From contig JACNGE010000014.1 of assembly GCA_014384285.1 (NCBI GenBank), forward strand, positions 141,316 through 205,315: a DNA stretch of 64,000 nucleotides, given 5' to 3'. Position numbers and translations under genes: made by a program. This document shows positions 8,820-19,081 of this stretch, one piece after another. Below the pieces are notes generated by a model. It did no database searches and was not told where the DNA came from. It saw only the letters and a list, made by a program, of their open reading frames with translations. The stretch comes from Actinomycetota bacterium (GTDB lineage Bacteria > Actinomycetota > Acidimicrobiia > Actinomarinales > Actinomarinaceae). How positions within the stretch are numbered: the first letter of the stretch is position 1; every line of letters begins with the position of its first letter.

Positions 8820-10092
8820 TGTAAAAGCCGACATATGGCAAAATTCATATCCGATATTCATCTGGTTAGTAACTGAACCAGTCGTAGGACTTGTCGACTC
8901 CAAAATCGCTTCAATGTTAGGAGAAACATTTCTTTCAGGAGTTGGTATTGGCGAAACCATTTACTTCGTTTTAGTTTGGGTTTTCATTTTTTTGGCTTAC
9001 GGAACAACACCATTAGTTGCTAAATTAAATACACAAAAGAAATTTCAAAATTTAAAATACTTTATTACTTATGGTCGAACAATGTCGGTTTTACTTGGTG
9101 TTGTAGCTACAATCATAATTTTATTTTTCTCAGAAAGCTTAATTAAAACATTTCAACCCACGATTGCAGTCGGTGAAGAAGCAAAAACATATTTGGGTCT
9201 AAGAAGCATTGGTATAACTTTTTATCTAATAAATATGCACTCTACTGCAGTACTGAGGGGCTTAAGATTTCCACAGATAACCTTGAGAAGCGCATTGCTT
9301 GTTTCAGGATTAAATATTTTATTTAGTTATCTATTTGCTGTAACTCTCAATTTTGGGATAGCAGGTATTGGAATAGCAAGCTCATTAGCATTTTTCATCA
9401 CCGCTGTATATTCCTCATACATACAAAGAAAGAAAGTAAAGTTACTGGTTCAAACAAATGAATTAGTTGATAAAAAATATCTTAGAAAGAAATTCTATTC
9501 TGTTGGGACACAAATACTCCTAAGATCTATGTTTTTAACTGGATTTATGACTGTTCTTAGAAATCAAGCCGCGATATTATCTATGAGAGATATAGCATTG
9601 CAGCATGTATTACTTCAACTTTGGTCCTTCGGCTATGTTGCCATAGACTCCGTAGCGATAGCATCCCAAACTTTAATTTCAGAACACATTTCAAAAGGAT
9701 TAAAATATTACAAATCAAAGTTATATCTTAACTTGATAAAGTTAACTTTATTTTTTTCAATCTTTCTATTTATTTTTAGTTATTTCTCTCTAGATAAATT
9801 AATCATGTATGTTGCGGGAGAATCTTTTTCTCAAATTAGCATAGAGATAAGGTTGTTATTTTCTACTAGCTTATTATTTGGCAGTTTCGCATTCCTTTGG
9901 GATGGAGTTTTATTGGGTCTAGACAAAGTATACGAATTTTCATTTATCACAGTACTATCTTCAATCACTGGAATTTTCTTATGCATCTACCTCGTAGGAA
10001 GAGAGCCAAACTTAAATTCACTATGGATTGCTCTAGTTGTTTCTTTAGTTATAAGAAGTTTATTTGGCTACGCTTATCAGAAATCAGAATAG
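8809..10092 (+). CDS. MATE-family efflux transporter
   Basis: 427 aa, ~12 TM helices, with the MATE-like N-terminal block (PIFIWLVTEPVVGLVDSKIASMLG). Confidence 0.8.
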   Translation: MMNNVKADIWQNSYPIFIWLVTEPVVGLVDSKIASMLGETFLSGVGIGETIYFVLVWVFIFLAYGTTPLVAKLNTQKKFQNLKYFITYGRTMSVLLGVVATIIILFFSESLIKTFQPTIAVGEEAKTYLGLRSIGITFYLINMHSTAVLRGLRFPQITLRSALLVSGLNILFSYLFAVTLNFGIAGIGIASSLAFFITAVYSSYIQRKKVKLLVQTNELVDKKYLRKKFYSVGTQILLRSMFLTGFMTVLRNQAAILSMRDIALQHVLLQLWSFGYVAIDSVAIASQTLISEHISKGLKYYKSKLYLNLIKLTLFFSIFLFIFSYFSLDKLIMYVAGESFSQISIEIRLLFSTSLLFGSFAFLWDGVLLGLDKVYEFSFITVLSSITGIFLCIYLVGREPNLNSLWIALVVSLVIRSLFGYAYQKSE

Positions 10093-10094
10093 AG

Positions 10095-10739
10095 TTATTT
10101 TACTGTTTTTAAAACAGGTCTATCAAGGTAGTAGCTTAAGATTTGAAGCTCTTGAGATAAATCAACAGACCTAATCTGGACATCTGGTGTATTTTTAAGC
10201 AATACTGGGGCGAAGTTTAAAATTGAACGTACATCACAGCTGATTAATTCATCAGCAACAGATTGTGCAAACTTACCAGGTGTCGCAATGATTCCTATAG
10301 CAACATTATATTTTTTACAAACCTTATTTAATTCTGAAGTAGGTTTTACAACTAATCCTGCAATTTGTTTATTTATTTTTTTTGGATCATCGTCAAAAAG
10401 AGCTACAACCCCAAAGCCTCTTTCTTTAAAGCCTCCATAATGAGCAAGTGCAGAACCTAGGTTACCAACACCTACTATTACAGCACTCCAACCTTCAACT
10501 AAACCAAGTTCAAGTTGTATTTGGTTTCGTAGAGTGGAAATATTATAACCAACCCCTCTAGTCCCTAAAGTACCCAGATAAGATAAATCTCTTCTGACTT
10601 GAGCATCGTTAACTTTTGCTAATTCAGCAAGTGTTTTTGAAGATATACCAATATCTTCTGAGCTAACCTGCTCCAAGCACTGAAGATAAAGAGGAAGCCT
10701 CTTAACTGTTGCTGGAGGTATTTTTCTTAATTCTTTCAC
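10095..10739 (-). CDS. rex: Redox-sensing transcriptional repressor Rex
   Basis: N-terminal IPPATVKRLPLYLQCLE winged-helix block and a Rossmann GVGNLGSA motif. 214 aa. Confidence 0.92.
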   Translation of the reverse strand: MKELRKIPPATVKRLPLYLQCLEQVSSEDIGISSKTLAELAKVNDAQVRRDLSYLGTLGTRGVGYNISTLRNQIQLELGLVEGWSAVIVGVGNLGSALAHYGGFKERGFGVVALFDDDPKKINKQIAGLVVKPTSELNKVCKKYNVAIGIIATPGKFAQSVADELISCDVRSILNFAPVLLKNTPDVQIRSVDLSQELQILSYYLDRPVLKTVK

Positions 10740-10855
10740 TAATGCACAATCTAATAAAGTATGAAATTTATCATAAACTGATAGAAATAATTTATATTGC
10801 TTTGAGTTTATAAATTAACGTTTTTTTGCTATTTGAGTTAACTTGATACTATCTA

Positions 10856-12127
10856 ATGATTAATTCAAAACAATATGATGTAATTATTGTCGGCGCGGGT
10901 CCGGCTGGGTCAAACACAGCTATTTCTTATAAACATTTGAATCCAGATTTAAATATTGCAATATTTGATAAATCCCAGTTTCCAAGAGATAAATCTTGTG
11001 GAGATGCAATAGGGCCAGGAGTAATCAACGCATTAAAAAGGTTCGGAAATGAACATATATTAAACGGGGAACCAGAGGTAGTATCAACTACATTATTTGG
11101 CCCAAAAAATATTGGAATCCAAAATTATATTCCGGAGGTTAAAAACAAAGAAGATTCTGTTGTATACGTTATTCCGCGGCTAGATCTCGATAATCGAATT
11201 TTTGATTTAGCAAAATCTCTAGATGTTGATTCTTATGAGGAATATAGATATTTAGGATTTGATAGAACTAAAGATAAAAAAATTGCTGTAACCTTTAAAA
11301 ATTCAGATGGTGAGGAAGAGACCTATTTGACAAAAATCTTAGTTGGAGCTGATGGAGCAAATTCAAGAGTCAGAAAAAATTTAAATTTAAATCAAAACAC
11401 TGATTGGCACAAAGCTATTGCAATCCGAGCTTACATCGACAGTCCAAATTATTTAGAAATTTTTAAAGAAAGGTCTTTAATGTTTGAAATTAATGTTTCT
11501 GCTTTAAGGGGTTATGCCTGGGCATTTCCAAGTAAGGACACATTGATAAATATTGGTATTGGAATGCCACTCAGTTTATTTAAAAAAGAGAATAAAAATA
11601 TAAATGAAATGCTTAATGATTTTGTAGAGACATTAGAAAGTAGAGGAGTAATTGTTGATAACATCAGAATGGAAAAAAGCTATATGCTTCCCTTCGCATC
11701 TTCAAGACCCAAATTAGCTCATGACCAAGTTGCTCTAGTTGGAGATGCAGGTTCAATGATAAATCCAATGAGTGGAGAGGGAATTTTTTATGGTATGGAG
11801 TCAGGTTTTTTACTTGCAGAAAATACACACAACTTTCTTAAAAATGAAAATGAGAAGATAAATCAAGGAATTCGAGCATATGAAAAAAGTTTTAACAAGA
11901 GATTTTCTAAACATTATTTAAGTTGTGCACTCGCAAGACTTGTGTTACAAAGTCCCTTTATGACACAGAGATTACTTGCCATTGCATCAATAGATCAGCA
12001 CACTATTGATTTTGTAGTTGAACTATTGTTCGACGAAGCAAGACTTACTATAAAAGAAGTAGTACTTTTAGGAAGCAAGTTCCTACTTCCGCTTTGGTTA
12101 CTTAAATTACTAAAAACAACTAATTAA
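10856..12127 (+). CDS. Geranylgeranyl-reductase-family FAD-dependent oxidoreductase
   Basis: N-terminal YDVIIVGAGPAGS dinucleotide-binding motif, plus the GADGANSRVRK and GDAGSMINPMSGEGI blocks typical of the family. Confidence 0.8.
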   Translation: MINSKQYDVIIVGAGPAGSNTAISYKHLNPDLNIAIFDKSQFPRDKSCGDAIGPGVINALKRFGNEHILNGEPEVVSTTLFGPKNIGIQNYIPEVKNKEDSVVYVIPRLDLDNRIFDLAKSLDVDSYEEYRYLGFDRTKDKKIAVTFKNSDGEEETYLTKILVGADGANSRVRKNLNLNQNTDWHKAIAIRAYIDSPNYLEIFKERSLMFEINVSALRGYAWAFPSKDTLINIGIGMPLSLFKKENKNINEMLNDFVETLESRGVIVDNIRMEKSYMLPFASSRPKLAHDQVALVGDAGSMINPMSGEGIFYGMESGFLLAENTHNFLKNENEKINQGIRAYEKSFNKRFSKHYLSCALARLVLQSPFMTQRLLAIASIDQHTIDFVVELLFDEARLTIKEVVLLGSKFLLPLWLLKLLKTTN

Positions 12128-12171
12128 GTATTAAACATTAATCTTGATTTCCTAGTAAAATATAATTAACT

Positions 12172-12189
12172 TTGTGAAAACTTTCACAA
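12172..12189. promoter_or_regulatory. Rex operator (ROP) upstream of nuoA-1
   Basis: TTGTGAA-AACT-TTCACAA has perfect half-sites. It lies 5 nt downstream of a TATAAT hexamer (12161-12166) and 13 nt upstream of the nuoA ATG. Confidence 0.8.
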
Positions 12190-12202
12190 ATAAAGGAGAA
12201 AC

Positions 12203-12625
12203 ATGGTCGATTGGCTACCAATATTAATAATGCTTATAATTGGAGTTGGTTTTGCCTTGGTATCTTTAGGAGTTAGTTACTTATTATCACCAAAAAACCC
12301 AACTGCTGAGAAACTAGCCCCATATGAGTGTGGAATTTTTCCTGAAGAAGAACCCTCTCAAAGATTTCCAGTTAAGTTTTATATGGTTGCAATGCTCTAC
12401 ATTGTATTTGATATTGAAATTATATTCCTTCTTGCGTGGGCTACTAGGTTTAACGAGCTTGGCTGGTATGGGATTTTAATAATTGCAATCTTTAGTTTTT
12501 TTGTACTTGAGACTCTTTATTATGTCTGGAAAAAAGGTGTTCTCGACTGGAACACACCAAGGAGAAAAAGATATTTTGAAAAAACTCTTTTCAATCCAAA
12601 ACTTGAATCAGAAAAGGTTGCTTGA
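12203..12625 (+). CDS. nuoA: NADH-quinone oxidoreductase subunit A (operon 1)
   Basis: 3-TM protein with the YECG and FDIE motifs. First gene of a nuoABCDEFGHIJKLMN array, with an AAGGAG RBS. Confidence 0.93.
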   Translation: MVDWLPILIMLIIGVGFALVSLGVSYLLSPKNPTAEKLAPYECGIFPEEEPSQRFPVKFYMVAMLYIVFDIEIIFLLAWATRFNELGWYGILIIAIFSFFVLETLYYVWKKGVLDWNTPRRKRYFEKTLFNPKLESEKVA

Positions 12626-13086
12626 TGTATTCTCCTGATAACATTTTTACAACAACTATAGATAAAGCTGTTAGGTGGTCTAGAACTCAGTCAATGTGGC
12701 CAGTTACATTTGGTTTAGCTTGTTGTGCAATCGAGATGATGGCTGCTGGTTCAGCAAAATATGACCTAGCTAGATATGGGATGGAAGTATTTAGGGCATC
12801 ACCTAGGCAAGCCGATCTTATGATTGTTGCAGGAAGAGTCTCACAAAAAATGGCTCCAGTATTAAGACAAGTTTACGATCAAATGGCAGAACCAAAATGG
12901 GTAATTGCCATGGGGGCATGTTCTTCTACTGGTGGTATGTTTAACAATTACGCCTTAGTGCAGGGAGTTGATCACATTGTACCTGTAGATGTATATGTTC
13001 CGGGTTGCCCTCCAGGACCACAGTCTCTCATGCATGGAATATTAACTCTTCATGACAAAATTATGGCTGGAGAAATTAACAGATGA
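12625..13086 (+). CDS. nuoB: NADH-quinone oxidoreductase subunit B (operon 1)
   Basis: Cluster N2 ligand pattern: CCAIEMM ... GACSSTGG ... VPGCPP. The ATG overlaps the nuoA TGA (TGATG). Confidence 0.95.
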   Translation: MYSPDNIFTTTIDKAVRWSRTQSMWPVTFGLACCAIEMMAAGSAKYDLARYGMEVFRASPRQADLMIVAGRVSQKMAPVLRQVYDQMAEPKWVIAMGACSSTGGMFNNYALVQGVDHIVPVDVYVPGCPPGPQSLMHGILTLHDKIMAGEINR

Positions 13087-13493
13087 CAGAAGTACAACAT
13101 GTTGATGTTAAGGATTATCACCAAGACATCCAAACTTTATTCAACGAGGGGTATGAGATGATGGTTGATCTTACCGCTGTTGATTGGTTCAGAAAAAAAG
13201 AACCTCGATTTGAAGTAGTTGTTAATTTATTATCTCTTTCTAAAAATAAGAGAAAGACAATAAAGGTAAAAGTTGATGATAAAACTCTAACCGTTCCTTC
13301 AATTACAGATATTTATCCAGGTGCTAATTTTTATGAAAGAGAAGTTTTTGACATGTTTGGGATTCTATTCGAAAATCATCCAGAGTTAACGAGAATCTTA
13401 ATGCCAGATGATTGGATAGGGTATCCACTCAGAAAAGATTATGGGTCTGGAAGAATACCAGTACAGTTTAAAAACGCACCAAAGGTGGATTAG
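13083..13493 (+). CDS. nuoC: NADH-quinone oxidoreductase subunit C (operon 1), short form
   Basis: Contains [16 protein letters not shown] and the PLRKDY block. Only 136 aa. Confidence 0.9.
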   Translation: MTEVQHVDVKDYHQDIQTLFNEGYEMMVDLTAVDWFRKKEPRFEVVVNLLSLSKNKRKTIKVKVDDKTLTVPSITDIYPGANFYEREVFDMFGILFENHPELTRILMPDDWIGYPLRKDYGSGRIPVQFKNAPKVD

Positions 13494-13495
13494 GC

Positions 13496-14851
13496 ATGGT
13501 TAAAAATAAAGAAAACTCAGAAGATTTGGAATTTTGGGCAACAAATTCTGAAGAAGGTGGTTGGAAAATAGATTCAACAGACGAAGGTTCTCAGAAGATG
13601 AGTGAAGAGGAATCTGAACAGCAACTAAAAATTCAAACAGGTTCTGACGTAGTAGATGATTACTTTATAGACGAAGAAACCTCTGAAGATGAAAGAATGA
13701 TCGTTAACATGGGACCTCAGCATCCTTCAACCCATGGCGTGTTAAGACTTCAAGTTGAACTAGAGGGAGAAGCTGTCAGAAGAGTTAAGCCAATCATAGG
13801 TTATTTACACACAGGTATGGAGAAAACTGGTGAGGAGCTTACGTATCTTCAGGGACCAACAAACACAACCAGAATGGACTACTTATCACCATTTTTTAAT
13901 GAATTAGTGTTCTCACTGACTACTGAAAAACTTTTAGATATAGAAGTCCCAGCCAGAGCTCAAACTATACGAATTTTGATGACTGAACTAAATAGAATTT
14001 CCTCACATCTGGTTGCTTTAGCTACTGGAGGAATGGATATAGGTGCTTTATCTATGATGATATTTGGATTCAGGGAAAGAGAATTACTTCTTAATTTTTT
14101 TGAAAAAACTACAGGTTTACGAATGAACCACAACTACATTAGACCCGGTGGGGTCGCTGCCGATCTTCCTGATGATTGGCAAAAAGACATAAAAGAAATC
14201 TTAAAAATTATACCGGAAAAACTTAAAGATTATGATGAAATGTTATTAGACAATCCAATCTGGAAGGGAAGATTGCAAAATGTTGGGATTTTAACTACTC
14301 AAGAGTGCCTAGCTTATGGAATTACTGGCCCAAGCTTAAGAGCATCTGGGTATGGATGGGATCTTAGGAAAATGCAACCTTATTCTGGAATTGAAAAGTA
14401 TGATTTTGAAGTACCTGTTCTGCAAGAGAGTGATGTTTTTGCTCGATGGAGAATCAAGGTGTTAGAAATTTTAGAAAGTCTAAAAATTGTTGAACAAGCA
14501 ATGAATAATATGCCTAAAGGCCCCTACAAAATCCAAGACAAGAAAGTTACACCACCACCTAGAAAAAGGTTAGATGAGTCAATGGAGGCTTTGATACACC
14601 ATTTTAAAATTTATACAGAGGGATTTAAGGTACCTGAAGGAGAAGCATATGTTGCCGTTGAGTCTCCTAGAGGCGAGCTTGGTTGTTATATAGTCTCAGA
14701 TGGTTCATCAAAACCATATCGTATGCATGTAAGAGGTCCATCCTTTTGTAATCTACAGGCTTTACCAGTAGTTATGGCAGACAGTCCAATAGCTGATGCA
14801 GTTGCTGCGATAGCATCTTTAGACCCTGTAATAGGAGATGTTGACAGATGA
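13496..14851 (+). CDS. nuoD: NADH-quinone oxidoreductase subunit D (operon 1)
   Basis: NMGPQHPSTHGVLRL motif and the C-terminal LDPVIGDVDR. An acidic N-terminal extension of ~65 aa precedes the conserved core. Confidence 0.95.
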   Translation: MVKNKENSEDLEFWATNSEEGGWKIDSTDEGSQKMSEEESEQQLKIQTGSDVVDDYFIDEETSEDERMIVNMGPQHPSTHGVLRLQVELEGEAVRRVKPIIGYLHTGMEKTGEELTYLQGPTNTTRMDYLSPFFNELVFSLTTEKLLDIEVPARAQTIRILMTELNRISSHLVALATGGMDIGALSMMIFGFRERELLLNFFEKTTGLRMNHNYIRPGGVAADLPDDWQKDIKEILKIIPEKLKDYDEMLLDNPIWKGRLQNVGILTTQECLAYGITGPSLRASGYGWDLRKMQPYSGIEKYDFEVPVLQESDVFARWRIKVLEILESLKIVEQAMNNMPKGPYKIQDKKVTPPPRKRLDESMEALIHHFKIYTEGFKVPEGEAYVAVESPRGELGCYIVSDGSSKPYRMHVRGPSFCNLQALPVVMADSPIADAVAAIASLDPVIGDVDR

Positions 14852-15459
14852 CTTGGGAAAATGCAAGGATAGATAAGGCTAAAGAAATTATTGAAATGTA
14901 TCCTCAAAAGAGATCTGCTCTTGGCCCCCTGCTTTATTTAGCTCAGGACAAAGATGGTTATATTTCTGATGACTCGATTGTAGAAATAAGCAGACTGATT
15001 GGAATAACAGAAGTTCAAGTTCAATCCGTAGCATCTTTTTACTCTATGTACAAACAAGAGCCTACTGGAAAATATTTATTGAGTGTCTGTAAATCAATTT
15101 CTTGTGAAATTAGTAATTCAAGCAATGTAATTCAAAAGGTCAAAGAATTTACAAATTTAAGCAACAACGAAACAGACGACGAGGGACTTTTCACATATGA
15201 GTCTGTCGAATGCATTGGAGCATGTGGAGGAGCACCAGCTATTCAGGTCAATTATGAGACCGTTGAGGGGTTAACTCCAGAAAAAGCGGTAGATTTATGT
15301 AAATGGCTTAAAGAAGAACAACCAAAAGTTGTGGTTGCTGATGAGCTTCAATTAAAGTTTGGTGGTACAAAATCTTTTGATTGGGCTATTGAAGATAACA
15401 CTGGCTCATCAAGTCCAGTTCCAGGTTTTCAAACTTATGAGATGCAAGAGGAAATTTAA
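14848..15459 (+). CDS. nuoE: NADH-quinone oxidoreductase subunit E (operon 1)
   Basis: 2Fe-2S pattern: CKSISC ... ECIGACGGAP. Confidence 0.93.
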   Translation: MTWENARIDKAKEIIEMYPQKRSALGPLLYLAQDKDGYISDDSIVEISRLIGITEVQVQSVASFYSMYKQEPTGKYLLSVCKSISCEISNSSNVIQKVKEFTNLSNNETDDEGLFTYESVECIGACGGAPAIQVNYETVEGLTPEKAVDLCKWLKEEQPKVVVADELQLKFGGTKSFDWAIEDNTGSSSPVPGFQTYEMQEEI

Positions 15460-16751
15460 TGAAAGAGACCATCCTACTAACAAAGCACATGAGAGAAAAC
15501 CCCGAAGACAGTCATCTATTGAAATCTTATGAAAAAAATGGAGGTTACAAGGGAGTAAAAAAAGTTTTGAAATCTGGAACTCCCGAATCAGTTCTTGAAG
15601 AAATCAAGAGCTCAAACATTCGAGGTAGAGGTGGAGCAGGATTTCCAACTGGGGTAAAGTGGGGTTTTTTAGCTGAGGACCAAGAACGCTATCTTGTCAT
15701 AAATGCTGACGAATCTGAACCAGGTACATTTAAAGATAGAATACTTCTTGAAAGAGATCCACATCAGTTAATTGAAGGAATGATAATTACCTGTTTTGCA
15801 GCAAATATCTCAAAGGCTTTTATATACATTAGAGGGGAATATGCCAAGCCTGCAAGAAGAGTTCAAAGTGCAGTTGAACAGGCATATGAAAAAGGATATT
15901 TAGGTAAAAATATTTTTGGATCATCTATGGATTTAGACATTGTTGTCCACTTAGGTGCTGGCGCATATATATGTGGTGAGGAAACAGCTTTACTTAACTC
16001 TTTAGAGGGTAGAAGAGGGGAACCAAGATTGAAACCTCCATTCTTCCCTGCAGTCAAGGGACTATATAATAAACCAACTTTGGTAAATAATGTTGAAACT
16101 ATTTCTTCAGTTCCGTGGATTATGAACAATTCTGGAAAAGACTATGCAAGTTTAGGAGTAGAGGGTTCTACTGGGACACGAATTTTCAGCCTCTCGGGTC
16201 ACATTAATAATCCTGGAAATTATGAAATAGAAATGGGGTCTTCATTTGGAGAATTTGTTGAAAGCTTAGGAAAAGGTGTCAGAAACGAAAAATCCATAAA
16301 AGCTTATATACCTGGAGGAGCTTCTGCCCCTTGGTTGAGAGGTGACCAATTAGATGTAAAAATGACAATAGATGATGTAGCAAACGAAGGTTCAATGCTG
16401 GGTTCAGGGGCTGTCGTAATGATGGATGAAGATACGAACCTTCTTTTTGCAGCAAAAAGCTTAGTTAGCTTTTTTGCACACGAATCGTGTGGTCAATGTA
16501 CTCCATGTAGAGAAGGAACAACTTGGCTAGAAAATATTTTAGACAGAATTGCCTCAGGAAGAGGTCGAGCATCTGATATAGATTTATTACTTGATGTTTG
16601 TGACAATATCTCTCCAGGATTGACATGGCCTCCAAAAATGACAACAATATGTCCACTAGGTCCATCTGCAACGGCCTCAATCGTATCTTTAATGAAAGAC
16701 TTCAGATCAGAAGTAGAAGTATTGCTACCTAAGAAAGTAGTTGTAAGTTGA
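15459..16751 (+). CDS. nuoF: NADH-quinone oxidoreductase subunit F (operon 1)
   Basis: FMN/NADH motif GRGGAGFPTG, ADESEPGTFKDR, and the N3 cluster motif ESCGQCTPCREG. Confidence 0.96.
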   Translation: MKETILLTKHMRENPEDSHLLKSYEKNGGYKGVKKVLKSGTPESVLEEIKSSNIRGRGGAGFPTGVKWGFLAEDQERYLVINADESEPGTFKDRILLERDPHQLIEGMIITCFAANISKAFIYIRGEYAKPARRVQSAVEQAYEKGYLGKNIFGSSMDLDIVVHLGAGAYICGEETALLNSLEGRRGEPRLKPPFFPAVKGLYNKPTLVNNVETISSVPWIMNNSGKDYASLGVEGSTGTRIFSLSGHINNPGNYEIEMGSSFGEFVESLGKGVRNEKSIKAYIPGGASAPWLRGDQLDVKMTIDDVANEGSMLGSGAVVMMDEDTNLLFAAKSLVSFFAHESCGQCTPCREGTTWLENILDRIASGRGRASDIDLLLDVCDNISPGLTWPPKMTTICPLGPSATASIVSLMKDFRSEVEVLLPKKVVVS

Positions 16752-19081
16752 CAGAAAAAATAACTTTCACAGTAGACGGAAAGACCCTTGAGGGAAAGCA
16801 AGGACAGCTTCTTATAGAAGCTTGTGAAGATTCAGGTATACATATACCAAGATTTTGTTGGCACAAAAGACTAGATCCTGTAGGTATGTGTCGCATGTGC
16901 CTTGTTGAAATTGAAACACCTAGAGGAAAGGCCCTAGTTCCATCCTGCACCACCCAGGTTACTGACGAATTAATTGTTGAAACAGAATCCAACACAGTTA
17001 AAAAAGCTCAAGAAGGAGTTCTAGAATTTTTACTTATTAACCACCCTCTTGATTGCCCTATTTGTGACAAGGCAGGTGAGTGCCCTCTACAAGATCAAAC
17101 AATGGCATATGGTCCAGGAGAATCAAGGTTTATTGAGGAGAAGAGACATTTTGAAAAACCTATCCCTATATCAGATATTGTTTTGCTAGATAGAGAAAGA
17201 TGTATTTTATGTGCCAGATGCACAAGGTTCTCTGATGAAATTTCAGGTGACCCACTGATTGAGTTCATACAAAGAGGAAACAAAACACAAGTTAATACAT
17301 TTCCAGATGAACCGTTTAAATCATATTTTTCTGGTAACACAGTTCAAATTTGTCCTGTGGGAGCTTTAACGGCAACAAGTTATAGATTTAAAGCAAGACC
17401 TTGGGATCTAAAAAAAGTCTCGTCTACTTGTAACTGTTGCTCACTAGGATGCTCTGTTGAGTTGAATGTTTCTCAAAATAAAATGTTAAGAATTCTCGGT
17501 GAAGATAATGAGTTTACAAATCAGGGATGGTTATCAGATAAGGGTAGGTATAACTTTGAGTACCTACATTCAGACAATCGTTTGACGAATATAAAGTTAA
17601 AAGATAATAATAGTTTTGTTGATGCAAACATTTCAGAAGCTACAGAGAAGCTTAAAAATAAAATCGAAGAGTTACACAACCCAGACATAAAATTTCTGAT
17701 TGGCGCAAACAGTACAAATGAAGAATATTTTGTCATAAATAAATTTGCCAACTTAATGAACAGAAATGAATTTTTAAGTAAAGACAAGTCCAATGTTTAT
17801 TTTGCTGATGACAACATGTTTAGTGGATATTTTGGAGAGAATCATCAAAACGCAAGTTTTGAAGACCTTGATAGTTCAGATGTAATAGTTGTTTGGTCAG
17901 AAGATATTAAAGATAACATACCAGTTTTATTTTTAAGAATAAAAAAAGCGGTTAAAAATGGAGTTAAGTTGGTTGTGCTAGGTCATACAAACTCATCTTT
18001 AGAGAGTCTTGCAGATTTATATCTAGGTCAAGATGTTATTTCTAATAATTTTGAGTTAAAAACCAATCTAGGAAATATAAAGGAATTTCAAAACATTATT
18101 GAAAATAAAAAAGTTACTATAATTGTTGGAAAGTCAACCCCATTACAGCAGAAGAAATATCTAGATAACCTAGTAGACCACATTCAAAAATATTCACAGG
18201 CTAAGTTTTTAAATTGTTTTACTAAAGCTAATACTTTTGGGGCTTTGCAGCACATAGATCAGATAAAAGGACTAAATGAATTTTGTAACGAATATGAAGA
18301 ATCTAATAAAAATATAGTATTTACAATTGGAGCTAACCCAGTAAACGCATCATTTTTTGGCTCAAAGATAGAAAATATTTTAAAAAAAGCAGACTTTGTA
18401 GTTTCTCTAGATATATTTATAAATGCAACTACAGAATTAGCTGATCTAATATTACCAACTACTTCTTTTGGTGAAAAAGAGGGAACTGTTACAAATATGG
18501 AGATGAGAGTATTAAAACAAAATAAAATTCTTCCTGGTCCAGGTTCAGCTCTATCAGAGTGGGAATACCTTACAATGATTTCAAAATCTCTTGATAAAGA
18601 AATCAAATATGAAAATGTTGATGAAATTAATAAAGCTTTATGTGATGAATATGAAAATAATGAAGAATTGCCTTCATTTGAAAATCTCAACAAGCCTTCA
18701 AATCTTTTTGGAATGAAGAATAGAAAAAATATTGATATAAATATCAAAGATTTAGAAAAAAATGATTTATCAATCCTGATGGTAAAGAGACTTTATGGAG
18801 ATTCAAGCACACAAATCAACTCACCCTCTATTTCAATGCTGGGTTCCGAAAGGTTTATAGAATTGAATTCTAAAACTTTAGAAAAGTTTGGAATTAGCTC
18901 AAAAACTGCAAACTTAATACAAGATCAACACTCTATTTTTGTAAATATCAAGATAAACAATCTTTTACCGGACAATATAGTTCTGGCTCCAATAAACAGA
19001 AGAGGGTTTAAGAACCTTGACCCAACAAAAGATTTTGATATTAGAGAAGCAACAAATATGAAGGAGCTAAGTGTCAATTGA
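16748..19081 (+). CDS. nuoG: NADH-quinone oxidoreductase subunit G (operon 1)
   Basis: N-terminal 2Fe-2S ferredoxin fold, HPLDCPICDKAGEC and CILCARCTRF clusters, then a molybdopterin-oxidoreductase-like domain. Confidence 0.93.
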   Translation: MTEKITFTVDGKTLEGKQGQLLIEACEDSGIHIPRFCWHKRLDPVGMCRMCLVEIETPRGKALVPSCTTQVTDELIVETESNTVKKAQEGVLEFLLINHPLDCPICDKAGECPLQDQTMAYGPGESRFIEEKRHFEKPIPISDIVLLDRERCILCARCTRFSDEISGDPLIEFIQRGNKTQVNTFPDEPFKSYFSGNTVQICPVGALTATSYRFKARPWDLKKVSSTCNCCSLGCSVELNVSQNKMLRILGEDNEFTNQGWLSDKGRYNFEYLHSDNRLTNIKLKDNNSFVDANISEATEKLKNKIEELHNPDIKFLIGANSTNEEYFVINKFANLMNRNEFLSKDKSNVYFADDNMFSGYFGENHQNASFEDLDSSDVIVVWSEDIKDNIPVLFLRIKKAVKNGVKLVVLGHTNSSLESLADLYLGQDVISNNFELKTNLGNIKEFQNIIENKKVTIIVGKSTPLQQKKYLDNLVDHIQKYSQAKFLNCFTKANTFGALQHIDQIKGLNEFCNEYEESNKNIVFTIGANPVNASFFGSKIENILKKADFVVSLDIFINATTELADLILPTTSFGEKEGTVTNMEMRVLKQNKILPGPGSALSEWEYLTMISKSLDKEIKYENVDEINKALCDEYENNEELPSFENLNKPSNLFGMKNRKNIDINIKDLEKNDLSILMVKRLYGDSSTQINSPSISMLGSERFIELNSKTLEKFGISSKTANLIQDQHSIFVNIKINNLLPDNIVLAPINRRGFKNLDPTKDFDIREATNMKELSVN

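Noticed and set aside
10732-10749. A Rex-like half-site (TGCACAA) in the rex promoter region, which would suggest autoregulation.
   Set aside because: The half-site has one mismatch, and the position where the partner half-site should be (TCTTTCA) does not resemble TTGTGAA.
10801-10839. The direct 8-mer repeat TTTGAGTT, present twice 31 nt apart upstream of the geranylgeranyl-reductase-like gene.
   Set aside because: It is too short and AT-rich to distinguish from chance, and no palindromic structure or known motif is associated with it.
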